A DNA stretch of 64,000 nucleotides, from assembly GCA_051313645.2 (NCBI GenBank), contig JBNRSN020000013.1, forward strand, positions 92,628,001 through 92,692,000, read 5' to 3'. Under the pieces are notes generated by a model. The model was not told the origin of the DNA, made no database searches, and saw only the letters and a program-made list of their open reading frames with translations. Below are positions 24,947-37,300 of this stretch, in pieces. Source of the stretch: Centroscyllium fabricii (lineage: Eukaryota). Numbering within the stretch: position 1 is the stretch's first letter; each line of letters begins with the position of its first letter. The position numbers were made by a program, and so were the translations under genes.

Positions 24947-26911
24947 TTACTTTTTTTTAAGCTATCTTGCTATTGGAGCCATGTCATTGATTACACTGAT
25001 AAATTGATACCACTTCACTGTTTCAAACATTTACTATTCCAGATCGCTTTAAGGTGGAAAACAGTGGAAGAATTACAAGTTAAGCAACACAGTACCCAAC
25101 TGTAGCACAACATAAACAAGAAATACAGAGCTAGGAAAATAAACCAACATTGTGGGAAGTCCAGGATGCTTCTCGTGTCCTGGACAATCACGTGCAGGGA
25201 GTGTCATCAGCTGGAGGAGCTCGAGCTCCGGGTTTTGGAGCTTAAGCAGCGGCTGGTGTCACTGCGGTGCATCCGCGAGGCTGAACTTCATGGATAGCAC
25301 GTTTCAGGAGGTGGTCACCCCACAGCTTAAGAGTTTGCAGGCACAGAGGGAATGGGTGACCACCAGGCAGACAAGGAGGACCAGGCACGTAGTGCAGTTG
25401 TTCAGAGTACATCTCATTCTCTAACCGGTATTTTGTTCTGAACATTGGTGAGGGCAATGGTTCCTCTGGGCCGTACAGCCAGAGCCAAGTCCACGGCACC
25501 ATGGTTGACTCAGTTCTCCGGGGTGGTGGTGGTGGTGGTGCGGAGGCGGGGGAGAGCGGGTGGTCATAAAAGCAATAGTGATGGGAGATTCAATAGTGAG
25601 TGGTGCAGACAGGTGTTTCTATGGCCGCAGACGTGACTCCAGGATGGTATGTTGCCTCCCTGGTGCTAGGGTCAAGGATGTCATTGAGTGGCTGCAGGGC
25701 ATTCCGAGGGGAGGGTGAACAGCCAGAGGTCATGGTCCATATCGGTACCAATGACAGGTAGAAAAGAGGGATGAGGTCCTGCAGGTAGATTTTAAGGAGC
25801 TAGGAAAGAGAGTAATAAGCAGGACCTCAAAGGTAGTAATCTCTGGATGACTCCCAGTTCTATGAGCTAATGAGTACAGAAATACGAAGTTAAGAGCAGA
25901 TGAATGCGTGGCTGGAGAGATGGTGCAGGAGGGAGAGCTTTAGGTTCCTGAGCCATTGGGACTGGTTCTGAGGGAGGTGAAACCTGTACAAGCTGGGCGG
26001 GTTGCACCACTACAGGGCTGGGACCAATATTCCCGCGGGGAGGTTTGCTAGTGCTGTTGGGGAGGGTTTAAACTAGCTTGGCAGGGGGATGGGAACCTGA
26101 GCTGGAAATGGAAGGCAGTAAATTAGTAAGTGAGTTTGGAAGGCAGAGGAAACAAAGGCTAGAAAATAGACAACATGGAGTTTGGCAGTGCTAAATGGTA
26201 TATACTTCAATGCAAGGAGTCTAGTAAATAAGACAGATGAGCTGAGGGTGCATAGACATGTATGATATCACAGCTATTACTGAAAGGGCAGGAATGGCAG
26301 CTTAACATCCCTGGTTACAGGGTTTTCTGATGAGATCGAGAGGGGAAATGAAAGGGGGGGGGGTTGCAATATTGGTTAAAGAAACAATTACAGCTGTGAG
26401 GTAGGTTGATACGTCAGAAGGATCATCAAATGAGGCCATATGGGTTGAACTGAAGAACAAAAAAGGGGCAATCACACTGCTGGGTACGTGCTATAGACCC
26501 CCAAATAGTCAGAGGGAGATAGATATATGTAGGCAAAATGCTGAGAAGTGCAAAACAATAGGGCAGTAATAGTAGGGATTTCAACTATTCTAATATTAAC
26601 TGGGATAGAATCAGTGTAAATGGTATAGAGGGTGCAGAATTCTTAAAATGCATTCAGGAGAACTTTTTGTTAGCAAGCCCAACAAGAGAGGAGGCAGTTA
26701 TGGACTTAGTTTTAGGGAATGAAGCTGGGCAGGTGAAAGGGGTATCAGTGGGAGAGCATTTTGGTGGCAGTGATCATAATTCAGTCAGATTTAGTGCAGT
26801 TATGGAAAAGGACAAAGACTGACCAGTAATAACATTTCTTGATTGGGGAATGACCAATTTTACTAAGCTGAGATGTGATTTCGCCGAAGTAAACTGGAAA
26901 CAGCTACTTGA

Positions 26912-29715
26912 AAGTTGCATGGTGTAACAGGAACAGTAGCATAGTGGTTCAATTCGCACCACGGCAGCTGGGGAATTTAAATTCAGTTAATTAAATAATC
27001 TGGAACAAAAAGCTAGCATCAGTAATGGAAACTATCGGATTGTCGTAAAAACCCATCTGGTTCACTAATGTCCTTCAGGGAAGGAAATCTGCCGTCCTTA
27101 CCTGGTCTGGCCTATATGTGACTCCAGACCCACAGCAATGTGGTTGACTCCTAACTGCCCTCTGAAATGGCCGAGCAAGCCGCTCAGCTGTACACAACCG
27201 CTACGAAAAACAATAATAATAAAACTGGACAATCCACCCGGCATCGACCTCGGCACCGGTTTCAGACACGTCAACGGCACAACCAGCCCAGTCGACCCTG
27301 CAAAGTCCCCACATCTGGGGACTTGTGCCAAAATTGGCAGAGCTGTCAAGCAATAGCCTGACATAGACATACTCACAGAATCATACCTTTCAGCCAATGT
27401 CCCAGATTCCTCCATCACTGTCCCTGGGTATGTCCTGTCCCACCAGCAGTGGTATACAGTTGGGAGGGAGTGGCCCTGGGAGTCCTCAACATCGACTCTG
27501 GACCCCAGTTCAAGCATGGGAAAGGAAACCTACCGCCCTCCCTCAGCTGATGAATCAGTACTCCTCCGTGTTGAACGCCGCTTGGAAGAAGCAGAGGGTA
27601 GCAAGGGCACAGAATGCACCACGGGTGGGGGACTTCAATGTCCATCACCAAAAGTGGCTCGGTAGCATCACTACTGACTGAGCTGGTCAAGCCCTGAAGG
27701 ACACAGCTGCCAGACTAGGACTGCGACAGGTGGTGAGAGAACCAACACGAGGGAAAAACCTACTTGACCTCGTCCTCACCAATCCACCTGTCGCAGATGC
27801 ATTTGTCCATGACAGCATTGGTAGCAGTGACCACTGCACAGTCATTGAGACAACAAAATCACATCTTCACACTGAGGACACCCTCCATCGTGTTGTGTGG
27901 CACTACCACTATGCTAAATGGGATAGATTCTGAACTGATCTAGCAGCTCAAAACTGGGCATCCATGAGGCGTTGTGGGCCAACAGCAGCAGAATTGTATT
28001 CCACCACAAGCTGCAACCTCATGGCCCAGCATATCCCTCACTCTACCATTACCATCATGCCAGGGGACCAACCCTGGTTCAATGAAGAGTGCAGAAGAGC
28101 ATGCCAGGAGCAGCACCAGACGTACCTAAAAATGAGGTGCCAACCTACGGAAGCTGCAGCGCTGCATGCTAAAAAGCGGAAGCAGCGTGCTATAGATAGA
28201 GCTAAGTGATATCACAATCAACGGACCAGATCAAAACTCTGCAGTCCTGCCACATCCAGTCGTGAATGGTGGTGGTCAATTAAACAACAGGGGGTGGCTG
28301 CTCCAAGAATATCCCCATCTTCAATGATGACGGAGCCCAGCATGAGAGTGCAAAAGACAAGGCTGAAACGTTTGCAACCATCTTAAACCAGAAGTGCTGA
28401 GTGGATGATCCATATCAGCCTCCTCCCGAGGTCCCCACCATCACAGAAACCAGTCTTCAGCCAATTCGATTCACTCCACGTGATATCAAGAAATGGCTGA
28501 GCGCACTGGATACAGCAAAGGCTATGGGCCCTGACAACATCCCGGCTGTCGTGCTGAAGACTTGTGCTCTAGAACTAGCTGTGCCTCTAGCCAAGCTGTT
28601 GTACAGCTACAACACTGGCATCTACCCAATAATGTGGAAAACTGCCACGGTATGTCCTGACCACAAAAAGCAGGACAAATCCAACCTGACCAATTACCGC
28701 CCCATCAGTCTACTCTCAATCATCAGCAAAGTGATGGAAGGTGTTGTTGACAGTGCTATCAAGCGGCACTTACTCACCAATAATCTGCTCTACCTAGCAC
28801 AAAGGAAGATGGTTGTGGTTGTTGGAGGTCATTCATCTCAGCCCCAGGACATTGCTGCAGGAGTTCCTCAGGGCAGTGTCTGGGCCCAACCATCTTCAGC
28901 TGCTTCATCAATGACCTTCCCTCCATCACAAGGTCAGAAATGAAGATGGTCACTGATGATTGCAAAGTGTCCAGTTCCATTCACAACTCCTCAGATAATG
29001 AAGCAGTCCATGCCCGAATGCAGCAAGACCTGGATGACATTCAGACTTGGGCTGATAAGTGGCAAGTAACATTTGCGCCACACATACCGTGGCTACAAGA
29101 ATAGGTCAGAGGTTGGGTATTCTGCGACGAGTGTCTCACCTCGTGACTCCCCAAAGCCTTTCCACCAACTGCAAGGCACAAGTCAGGAGTGTGATGGAAT
29201 ACTCTCCACTTGCCTGGATGAGTGCAGCTCCAACAACGCTGAAGAAACTCAACACCGCCCAGGACAAAGCAACCCGCTTGATTGGCACTCCACCCACCAC
29301 CTTAAACATTCACTCCCTGGCACCACCAACACACCGTAGCTGCAGTGTGTACTATCTACAAGATGCACTGCAGCAACTCACCAAGGCTCCTTCGGCAGCA
29401 CCTCCCAAAACCCACAACCTTTACCAACCTAGAGGGACAAGGGCAGCAGGCGCATGGGAACACCATCACTTGCAAGTTCCCCTCCAAGTCACACAGCATC
29501 CTGACTTGGAAATATATTGTTGTTTCTTCATCATCGCAGGGTCAAAATCCTGGAACTCCCTCCCTAACAGCACTGTGGGAGTACCATCACCATATGGACT
29601 GCAGCGGTTCAAGGCAGCAGCTCACCACCACCTTCTCCAGGACAAATAGGGATGGGCAATAAATGCTGGCCTTGTCAGCGACGCCCACATCCCAGGAACA
29701 AATGTAAAACAAAAA
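26912..29715 (+). mobile_element. Decayed APE-RT LINE of a different lineage with a SINE-like 5' head
   Basis: Fragments GDFNVHHQKWL, PTRGKNLLDLVL, GSSDH, KAMGPDNIP, NYRPISLLS, AGVPQGS and QVRSVMEYS. Tail GGGATGGGCAATAAATGCTGGCCTTG. Confidence 0.85.
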
Positions 29716-30236
29716 TCAGTGACAGGCATTCAAGGAGGAGATAGTGAGGGGTCAGAGCAAATATGTTCCCACAAACAGGTGGGACTCCCAAATCTAGAGT
29801 CCCCTGGATGTCAAGGGGCATACAGGGTAGATAGAATAAGGCAAAAAAGGGAAGCTTATGTTAGATACCAAGAGCTAAATACTGCAGAAAGCCTAGAGGA
29901 GTACAGAAAGTACAGGGGTGAAATTAAAAAGGAAATTAGGAAAGCAAAGAGGGCATGAAAAAAATATCGGCAAGTAAAATCAAGGAAAACCCAAAGATGT
30001 TTTTAATAATACATAAAGAGCAAGAGCATAACTAAAGAAAGAGTAGGGCCTATTAGAGACCAAAAATGTAACTTGTGTGTGGAGGCAGAAGATGTGGGTA
30101 TGGTTCTTAATGAATACTTTGCGTTTGTCTTCACAAAAGAGAGGGACGATGCAGACAGTGTAGTTAAGGAGGTGCAGTGTGAAATATTAGATGAGAGCAA
30201 CATAGTGAGAGAGGAAGTATTAAGGGGTATAGTATC

Positions 30237-30464
30237 TGTTGTAAGAATGAAACTTACATGATATGAACTTAAGGTAAGCTTTAATCAACTTATAACTGTG
30301 ATACATACAAAAGAGGTCTGCACCATGCCTCTTACTAAATCATACTGAGTAGCCCAGTATTTATACTGGGCTAATTACAGGAAGTGACATCATACAAAGT
30401 TCATAGGTCCCCAGAAGTGATGTAAGCAAAAACTCCAAGCTAGAAGCTGTTCTGTATTACCACA
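30237..30464 (-). mobile_element. Solo LTR (228 bp)
   Basis: TGTTGTAA...TTACCACA termini. 5-bp TSD GTATC at 30232-30236 and 30465-30469. TATAAATA then ATTAAA on the minus strand. Confidence 0.85.
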
Positions 30465-30776
30465 GTATCTTTGAAAATAAATAAATCACCAGGCCTGGAT
30501 GAAGTGCATCCAAGCCAGTTAAGAGAAGCAAGGGAGGAAACAGCAGAGGCTCTGACCATCATTTTCCAATCCACTCTGGCTACAGGTGGGGTGCCGGAGG
30601 ACTGGAGGACTGCTAACGCTGTACTGTTGTTTAAAAAGGAATAGACCGAGTAATTACAGACCAGTCAGCCTAAACTCAGTGGTGGGCAAATTATTGGAAA
30701 AAATTCTGGGGGACCGTATCAATCGTCATTTAGAAAGGTACGATTAATCAAGTATAGTCAGCATGGATTTGTTATG

Positions 30777-33700
30777 GTCTGTGCAGTCGCGACCGGGAAT
30801 CCTGAAGGTTGTGCTGCCTGCCTGGTGCCAGGATAAAGGATGTCTCCTCGCAGCTGGAGAAGAACTTGGAATGGGAGGGTCCAGTTGTCATGGTCCATGT
30901 AGGAACCGACGACATGGGTAGAACTAGGAATGACATTCTGCCGAGAGTTTGAGGAGCTGGGGTCGAAGTTAAAACGCAGAACCTCACAGGTAATAATCTC
31001 TGGATTGTTAGCTGAGCCATGTGTAAATTGGCATAGGGACAAACAGATTAGAGGATTAAATGTGTGACTCGAAGAGTGGTGTGGGAGGCAGGGGTTTCAA
31101 TTCATGGGGCACTGGCACCAGTACTGCCGAAAGAGAGACCTGTTCCGTGGGGACGGGCTCCACTTAAACTGGGTTGTGACCAGTATCCTGGCGAATCGAA
31201 TAACTAGGGCAGTAATAGGGCTTTAAACTAACGAAAGGGGGTGGGGGGGGGGGGGGGGGGAGGATTCAGGAAAGGGTAAATTCAAAAGCAGTAAGAGAAA
31301 TGTCAAGGCTGTAGAGCAGAGTAGTGATCTGGGTAAAGATAAGCAGAGTGGGTCAGGAAGGGACAAAGATTAACAAAGGTAATAGGGCATTAGTGACTAA
31401 AGTGACATCAGGGAAAAGTAGAAAAAAGTTAAAAGCAAAAAAGGTACTATATGCACGAAGCATTCGCAACAAAATAGATGAATTAATAGCGCAGATAGAA
31501 ATAAATGGGTATAATTTAATAGCTGTTAGAGACGTGGTTGCAAAGTGACCAAGGTTGGGAACTGAATATTCCAGGATATTTGACTGTTAGAAGAGACAGT
31601 CAGAATGGAAATGTTGGTGGGTTAGCCCTGATAATAGAGGAGGGAATAAAGACAGTAAAGAGAAAGGATCTTGGCTTGGAAAAACAAAACAAAATGTAGA
31701 ATCAGTAGAGCTAAGAAACAACAAGAGGCAGAAAACACTAATGGGAGTGGTCTATAGGCCCCCTAACAGTGGCTGTAGTGTCAAGCAGAGTATAAATCAG
31801 GAAATTAGAGATGCATGCAACAAGGGTAATACTGTAATCATGGGGGACTTTAACTTTCAAATATACTGGGCAAACCAGATTTACAGAAATAGTGCAGAGG
31901 AAAAGTTCATGGAATACATTCAAGATAGTTTTCTAGATCAGTATACCAAGAGGGAATTGGTTACTTTAGATTTAGCACTGTGCAATGAGACAGGGTTAAT
32001 TAATAACCTTGTAGTAAAGGAGCCTCTGGGGAACAGCGATCATATGATAGAATTTTATGTTGAGTTGGAGAATTTTATGTTGAGTTGGAGAGTTTTATTT
32101 ATGTTGAGTTGGAGAGTGATTTAGTTAAGTACGAAACTAGGGTCCTAAACCTGAACAAAGCAATCTACGTAGGTATGAGACGCAAGTTGGCTAAGGTAGA
32201 TTGGGAAACTAGATTAAAAGATATGGTAGTAGAAAAGCAATGGTGAAATAATTCATAATTCGCAATGAATATATATTCCCTTAAGGAATAAAAACACCAC
32301 AGGAAAAATGGTCCAACCATGGCTAACAAGAGAAATTAAAGATAGTTTTAGATTAAAGGAAGAGGTTTATAATGTTGCCAAAAAAAAGTAAGCCTGAGGA
32401 TTGGGAGGATTTTAGAATTCAGCAAAGGAGGACCAAGAAATTGATAAAGGGAAAGTTGAATGAGAGTAAACTAGCAAGAGACATAAAAACAGACTAAAAG
32501 CTTTTATAGGTGTGTAGAAAGGAAAAGACTAGCGAAAGTAAATGTGGGTCCCTTACAGGCTGAGACAGGAGAAATTATAATGGGGAATAAGGAAATGGTA
32601 GAGAAATTAAACAAATAATTTGTCCGTCTTCAAGGAAGACAATGCAAAATACCTCCCGGAAATAGTGGAGAACCAAGGGTCTAGCGAGAATGAGGAGGAT
32701 TTTTTTTTAGTATTGGTTAAAAAAAAAAGTACTGGAGAAATTAATGGAACTGAAAGCTGATAAATCCCCAGGACCCGATGGCCTACATCCTAGGATTTTA
32801 AAAGAGGTGGCTATAGAGATAATGGATGCATTGGTTGTCATCTTCCAAAATTACATAGATTTCTAGAACGGTTCCCACGGATTGGAAGGTAGCAAATGTA
32901 ACCCCACTATTTAAGAAAGGAGGGAGAGAGAAAACAGGGAACTATAGACCAGTTAATCTGACATCAGTAGTAGGGAAAATGCTAGAATCTATTATTATGG
33001 TTGTGGTAACAGGGTACTTAGAAAATAATAATAGGATTGGGCAGAGTCAACATGGTTTTATGAAAGGGAAATGTTTCACAAATCTGTTGGAGTTTTTTGA
33101 CATAACGAGCAGAATAGATGAGGGAGAACCAGTGGATGTGGTGTATTTAGATTTTCAGAAGGCATTCGATAAGGAGCCACACAACAGGTTATTAAACAAA
33201 ATTAGGGCTCATGGGATTGTGGATAATATACTGACAGGGATTGAGGATTGGTTAACGGACAGAAATCAGAGAGTAGGAATAAACAGGTCATTTTCGGGTT
33301 GGCAGGCTGTAACTAGTGGGGTACCACAAGGATCAGTGTTTGGGCCTCAGCTATTGACAATCTACATCATTGATTTAGATGAGGGGACCAGATGTAATGT
33401 ATCCAAATTTAATGATGATACAAAGCTAGGTTGGCATGTAAGTTGAGGAGGAGGATACAAAGAGGCTTCAAGGGGATATATATATAGGCTAAGTGAGTGG
33501 GCAAGAACATGGCAAATGGAATATAATGTGGAGAAATGTGAAGTTATTGACTTTGGTAGGAAAAATAGAAGGGCAGAGTATTTTTTTAAATGGAGAGGGA
33601 TTGGGAAATGTCAGTGTTCAGAGGGACCTGGGTGTCCTTGTACACAAATCACTGAAAGTTAACGTGCAGGTACAGCAAACAATTAGGAAAGAAAATGGTG

Positions 33701-34035
33701 TGTTGGCCTTTATTACAAAAGGATTTCAGTATAAGAGTAAAAATGTCTTACTGCAATTATATAGGGCCCTGGTGAGACCACACCTGGAGTATTGTGTACA
33801 GTTTTGGTCTCCTTACCTAAGGAAGGATATACTTGCCATAGAGGGAGTGCAATGAAGGTTCACCAGACTGATTCCTGGGATGGGAGATTGTCCTATGAGA
33901 AGTGATTGAGTAGACTCGGCCTCTATTCTCTAGAGTTTAGAAGAATGAAAGGTGATCTCATTGAAACATTTTTTTTCATATACAGGGCGTGATATGGTAG
34001 ATGTGGGAGGATGTTTCCCCTGGCTGGGGGAGTCT
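30777..34035 (+). mobile_element. Decayed CR1 LINE (E5), starting in the ORF1 esterase
   Basis: VCCLPGARIKD, VHVGT, DGLHL, ...RALN-stop. ORF2 pieces YRPP, GDFN, SDH, YLDFQKAFD, LVRPHLEYC. Confidence 0.88.
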
Positions 34036-34207
34036 CAGCCGGGTCAAAACGCTGGAACTCCCTGCCTAACAGCACTGTAGGAGTACCTTCACCACACGGA
34101 CTGCAACGATTCAAGGTGGCTCACCACAACCTTCTCAAGGGCAACTAGGGATGGGCAATAAATGCTGGCCTTGCTAGCGACGCCCACATCTTATGAACAA
34201 ATAAAAA
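34036..34207 (+). mobile_element. 3' tail fragment of the LINE family seen at 26912-29715
   Basis: Matches 29537-29700. Confidence 0.8.
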
Positions 34208-34337
34208 AGGAGACTGAGGGGTGACTTAACTGAGGTGTATAAAATTATGAGGGGCCTAGATAGAGTGGATAGGAAAGACCTATTTCCATTAACAGAGAGG
34301 TCAATAACCAGGGTGCATAGATTTAAAGTAATTGGTA

Positions 34338-37300
34338 ACCTTCAGTTACTGACTGACCGCATTGCGGCACTGGAACTGAGGGTGGATGGGTTATGGAGCA
34401 TTCGCGATGCTGAGAGGTGTGTGGATTACTCATACAGTGAGCTGGTCACACCGCAGGCTAAGGGTGTGCAGGCAGAAGGGAAACGGGTGACCATCAGAAA
34501 GAACAGTAAGGCCAGGCAGGTAGAGCAGGAAACCCCTGTGGCCATCCCCCTCACGAACAAGTATACCGCTTTGGATACTGTTGGGGGGGGGGGAACGACC
34601 TACCAGGGGAAAGCAGCAGTGGCCAACCTCCGGGCACTGAGGTTGCTTCTGCTGTTCAGCTGGGGGGGAAAAGGCATGAGAGAGCAATAGTGGTAGGGGA
34701 CTCTATCGTAAGGGGAGCAGATAGGCGTTTCTGTGGCCGTAGACGTGACTCCAGGATGGTCTGTTGCCTCCCTGGTGCCAGGGTCAAGTATGTCACGGAA
34801 CGGCTGCAGGACATCCTGAAAAGGGAGGGAAACCAGCCAGAGGTCGTTGTACACATAGGAATCAACGACACACGTAAAAAGAGGGATGAGGTCCTGCAAC
34901 AAGAATTCAGGGAGCTAGGCAGAAAGTTAAAGTGCAGGACCTCAAAGGTTGTAATCTCTGGATTACTCCCTGTGCCACGATTTAGTGAGTATAGGAATAG
35001 AAGGATAGAGCAGCTTAATACGTGGCTCAAGAGTTGCTGCAGGAGGGAGGGCTTTAGTTTCCTGGATAACTGGCCCTGTTTCTGGGAAAGGTGGGACTTG
35101 TATGGGGACGACGGTCTCCACCTTAACCGGAGGGGGACCAATATCCTGGCGGGGAGGTTTGCTAGCATGGTTGGGGAGGGTTTAAACTAACTTGGCAGGG
35201 GGTTGGGATAGGTAGTGGAAAAGAGGGAGGTCATAGGAAGCCAGAAACAAATGGTAGGAAGGTGAGAAACAATAAGCAAGGGAGAGAAACACAAAGGGCC
35301 AAACAAATTCATAATAGTGTGATCAAAACAAGCCTAAAGGCTTTGTATCTTAATGCAAGAAGCATTAGGAACAAGGTGGATGAACTAGCTGTGGAAATAG
35401 AGGTAAGCAAATATGAGTTGATTGGAATTACGGAAACATGGCTGCAGGGGGGGCAAGGCTGGGAACTCAACATCCCGGGGTATACAACATTCAGAAAGGA
35501 TCGGCACAAAAGAAAGGGAGATGGGGTGGCATTGCTGGTGAAAGAGGGGATAAATGCAATTGAAAAGAAGGATATTAACTCAGATGATACGGAATCTATA
35601 TGGGTAGAACTAAGAAACAGTAAAGGGCGGAAAACATTAGTGGGAGTTATATACAGGCCTCCAAATAGTAATATGGAGGTGGGGGACGGCATAAAAAGGG
35701 AAATTAGAGAAGCTTGCGATAAGGGCACAGCTGTCATCATGGGCGACTTTAATCTACATATTGATTGGACTAGCCAAGTTAGTAAAAATAGTGAGGAGGA
35801 GGAATTCCTAGAATGTCTACGGGATGGGTATCTGGACCAATATGTCGAGGAACCAACTCGGGATCAGGCCATCTTAGACTGGGTATTGTGCAATGAGAAG
35901 GGACTAATTAACAATCTCGTTGTACGAGGCCCCTTGGGTCGGAGCGATCATAATATGATCGAATTCTCAGTTGAGATGGAAAGTGAAAAGATCAACTCAG
36001 AGACTAAGGTCCTGAATTTAAATAAAGGGAATTATGACGGTATGAGAAGGGAATTAAGCAAGATAGATTGGGCAGTGTTCCTGGGGGGATTGAATGTGGA
36101 TAGACAATGGCAAGCATTCAAGTATAGGATGGAAGAAATACAGAACTCGTTCATACCGGTTTGGCATAAGAATAAACCTAGAAAGGTGACTCAACCGTGG
36201 ATAACAAGGGAAATAAGGGACAACATTAAATCCAAAAAATGGGCATATCAATTGGCCAAAAAAAGTACTAGGCCGGAAGATTGGGAGCAGTTCAGGATAC
36301 AGCAAAGGAAGACAAAGGGATTAATCAGGAGGGGGAAGATAGATTATGAATGTAAGCTTGCGGCAAACATAAAAACTGACTGCAAAAGCTTTTATAGGTA
36401 CATCAAGAGGAAAAGATTGGTAAAATCCCAAGTCGGTCCCTTGCAGTCCGATTCAGGGGAATATATAATGGGGAATAAAGAAATGGCAGACCAACTAAAT
36501 TCATATTTTGGTACTGTCTTCACAAAGGAGGACACAAGCAACCTCCCAGGGATAGCAGCGAATATAGGGTCCAAGGCAAGGGAGGAGCTGGCAGATATCA
36601 TTATTTCTAGGGAGATGGTTTTGGGGAAGTTGAAGGGATTGAAGGCCGACAAATCCCCAGGGCCTGATAATCTACATCCTAGGGTACTTAAAGAGGTAGC
36701 CCCGGAAATAGAGGGTGCATTAAGGATCATTTTCCAGAACTCAATAGACTCTGGATCAGTACCCACGGATTGGAGGGTGGCTAATGTTACCCCACTATTT
36801 AAAAAGGGGGGCAGAGAGAAAGCAGGGAATTATAGACCAGTAAGCCTTACATCAGTAGTGGGCAAAATGCTCGAGTCCATCATCAAGGATGTAATCTCGG
36901 AGCATTTGACAAGTAGGGATGAGATCGGACAGAGTCAACACGGGTTTACAAAAGGTAAATCATGTTTAACTAATCTATTGGAATTCTTTGAGGAAGTAAC
37001 TCGGAAAATAGATGGCGGAGAGCCAGTAGATGTGGTGTACCTTGACTTCCAGAAAGCTTTCGATAAGGTTCCACATAAAAGATTAGCATGTAAAATTAAG
37101 GCTCATGGGATTGGGGGCAAAGTTTTGATGTGGATAGAGAACTGGTTGGCAGACAGAAAACAGAGAGTTGGAATTAACGGCTCGTTTTCTGAGTGGCAGT
37201 CGGTGACTAGTGGAGTACCGCAGGGGTCTGTCCTGGGACCTCAGCTGTTTACAATATATATTAATGATCTGGATCAGGGAATTGAATGTAATATCTCCAA

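Noticed and set aside
32050-32117. Triple repeat TTTATGTTGAGTTGGAGA
   Set aside because: Ordinary local slippage within a dead CR1.
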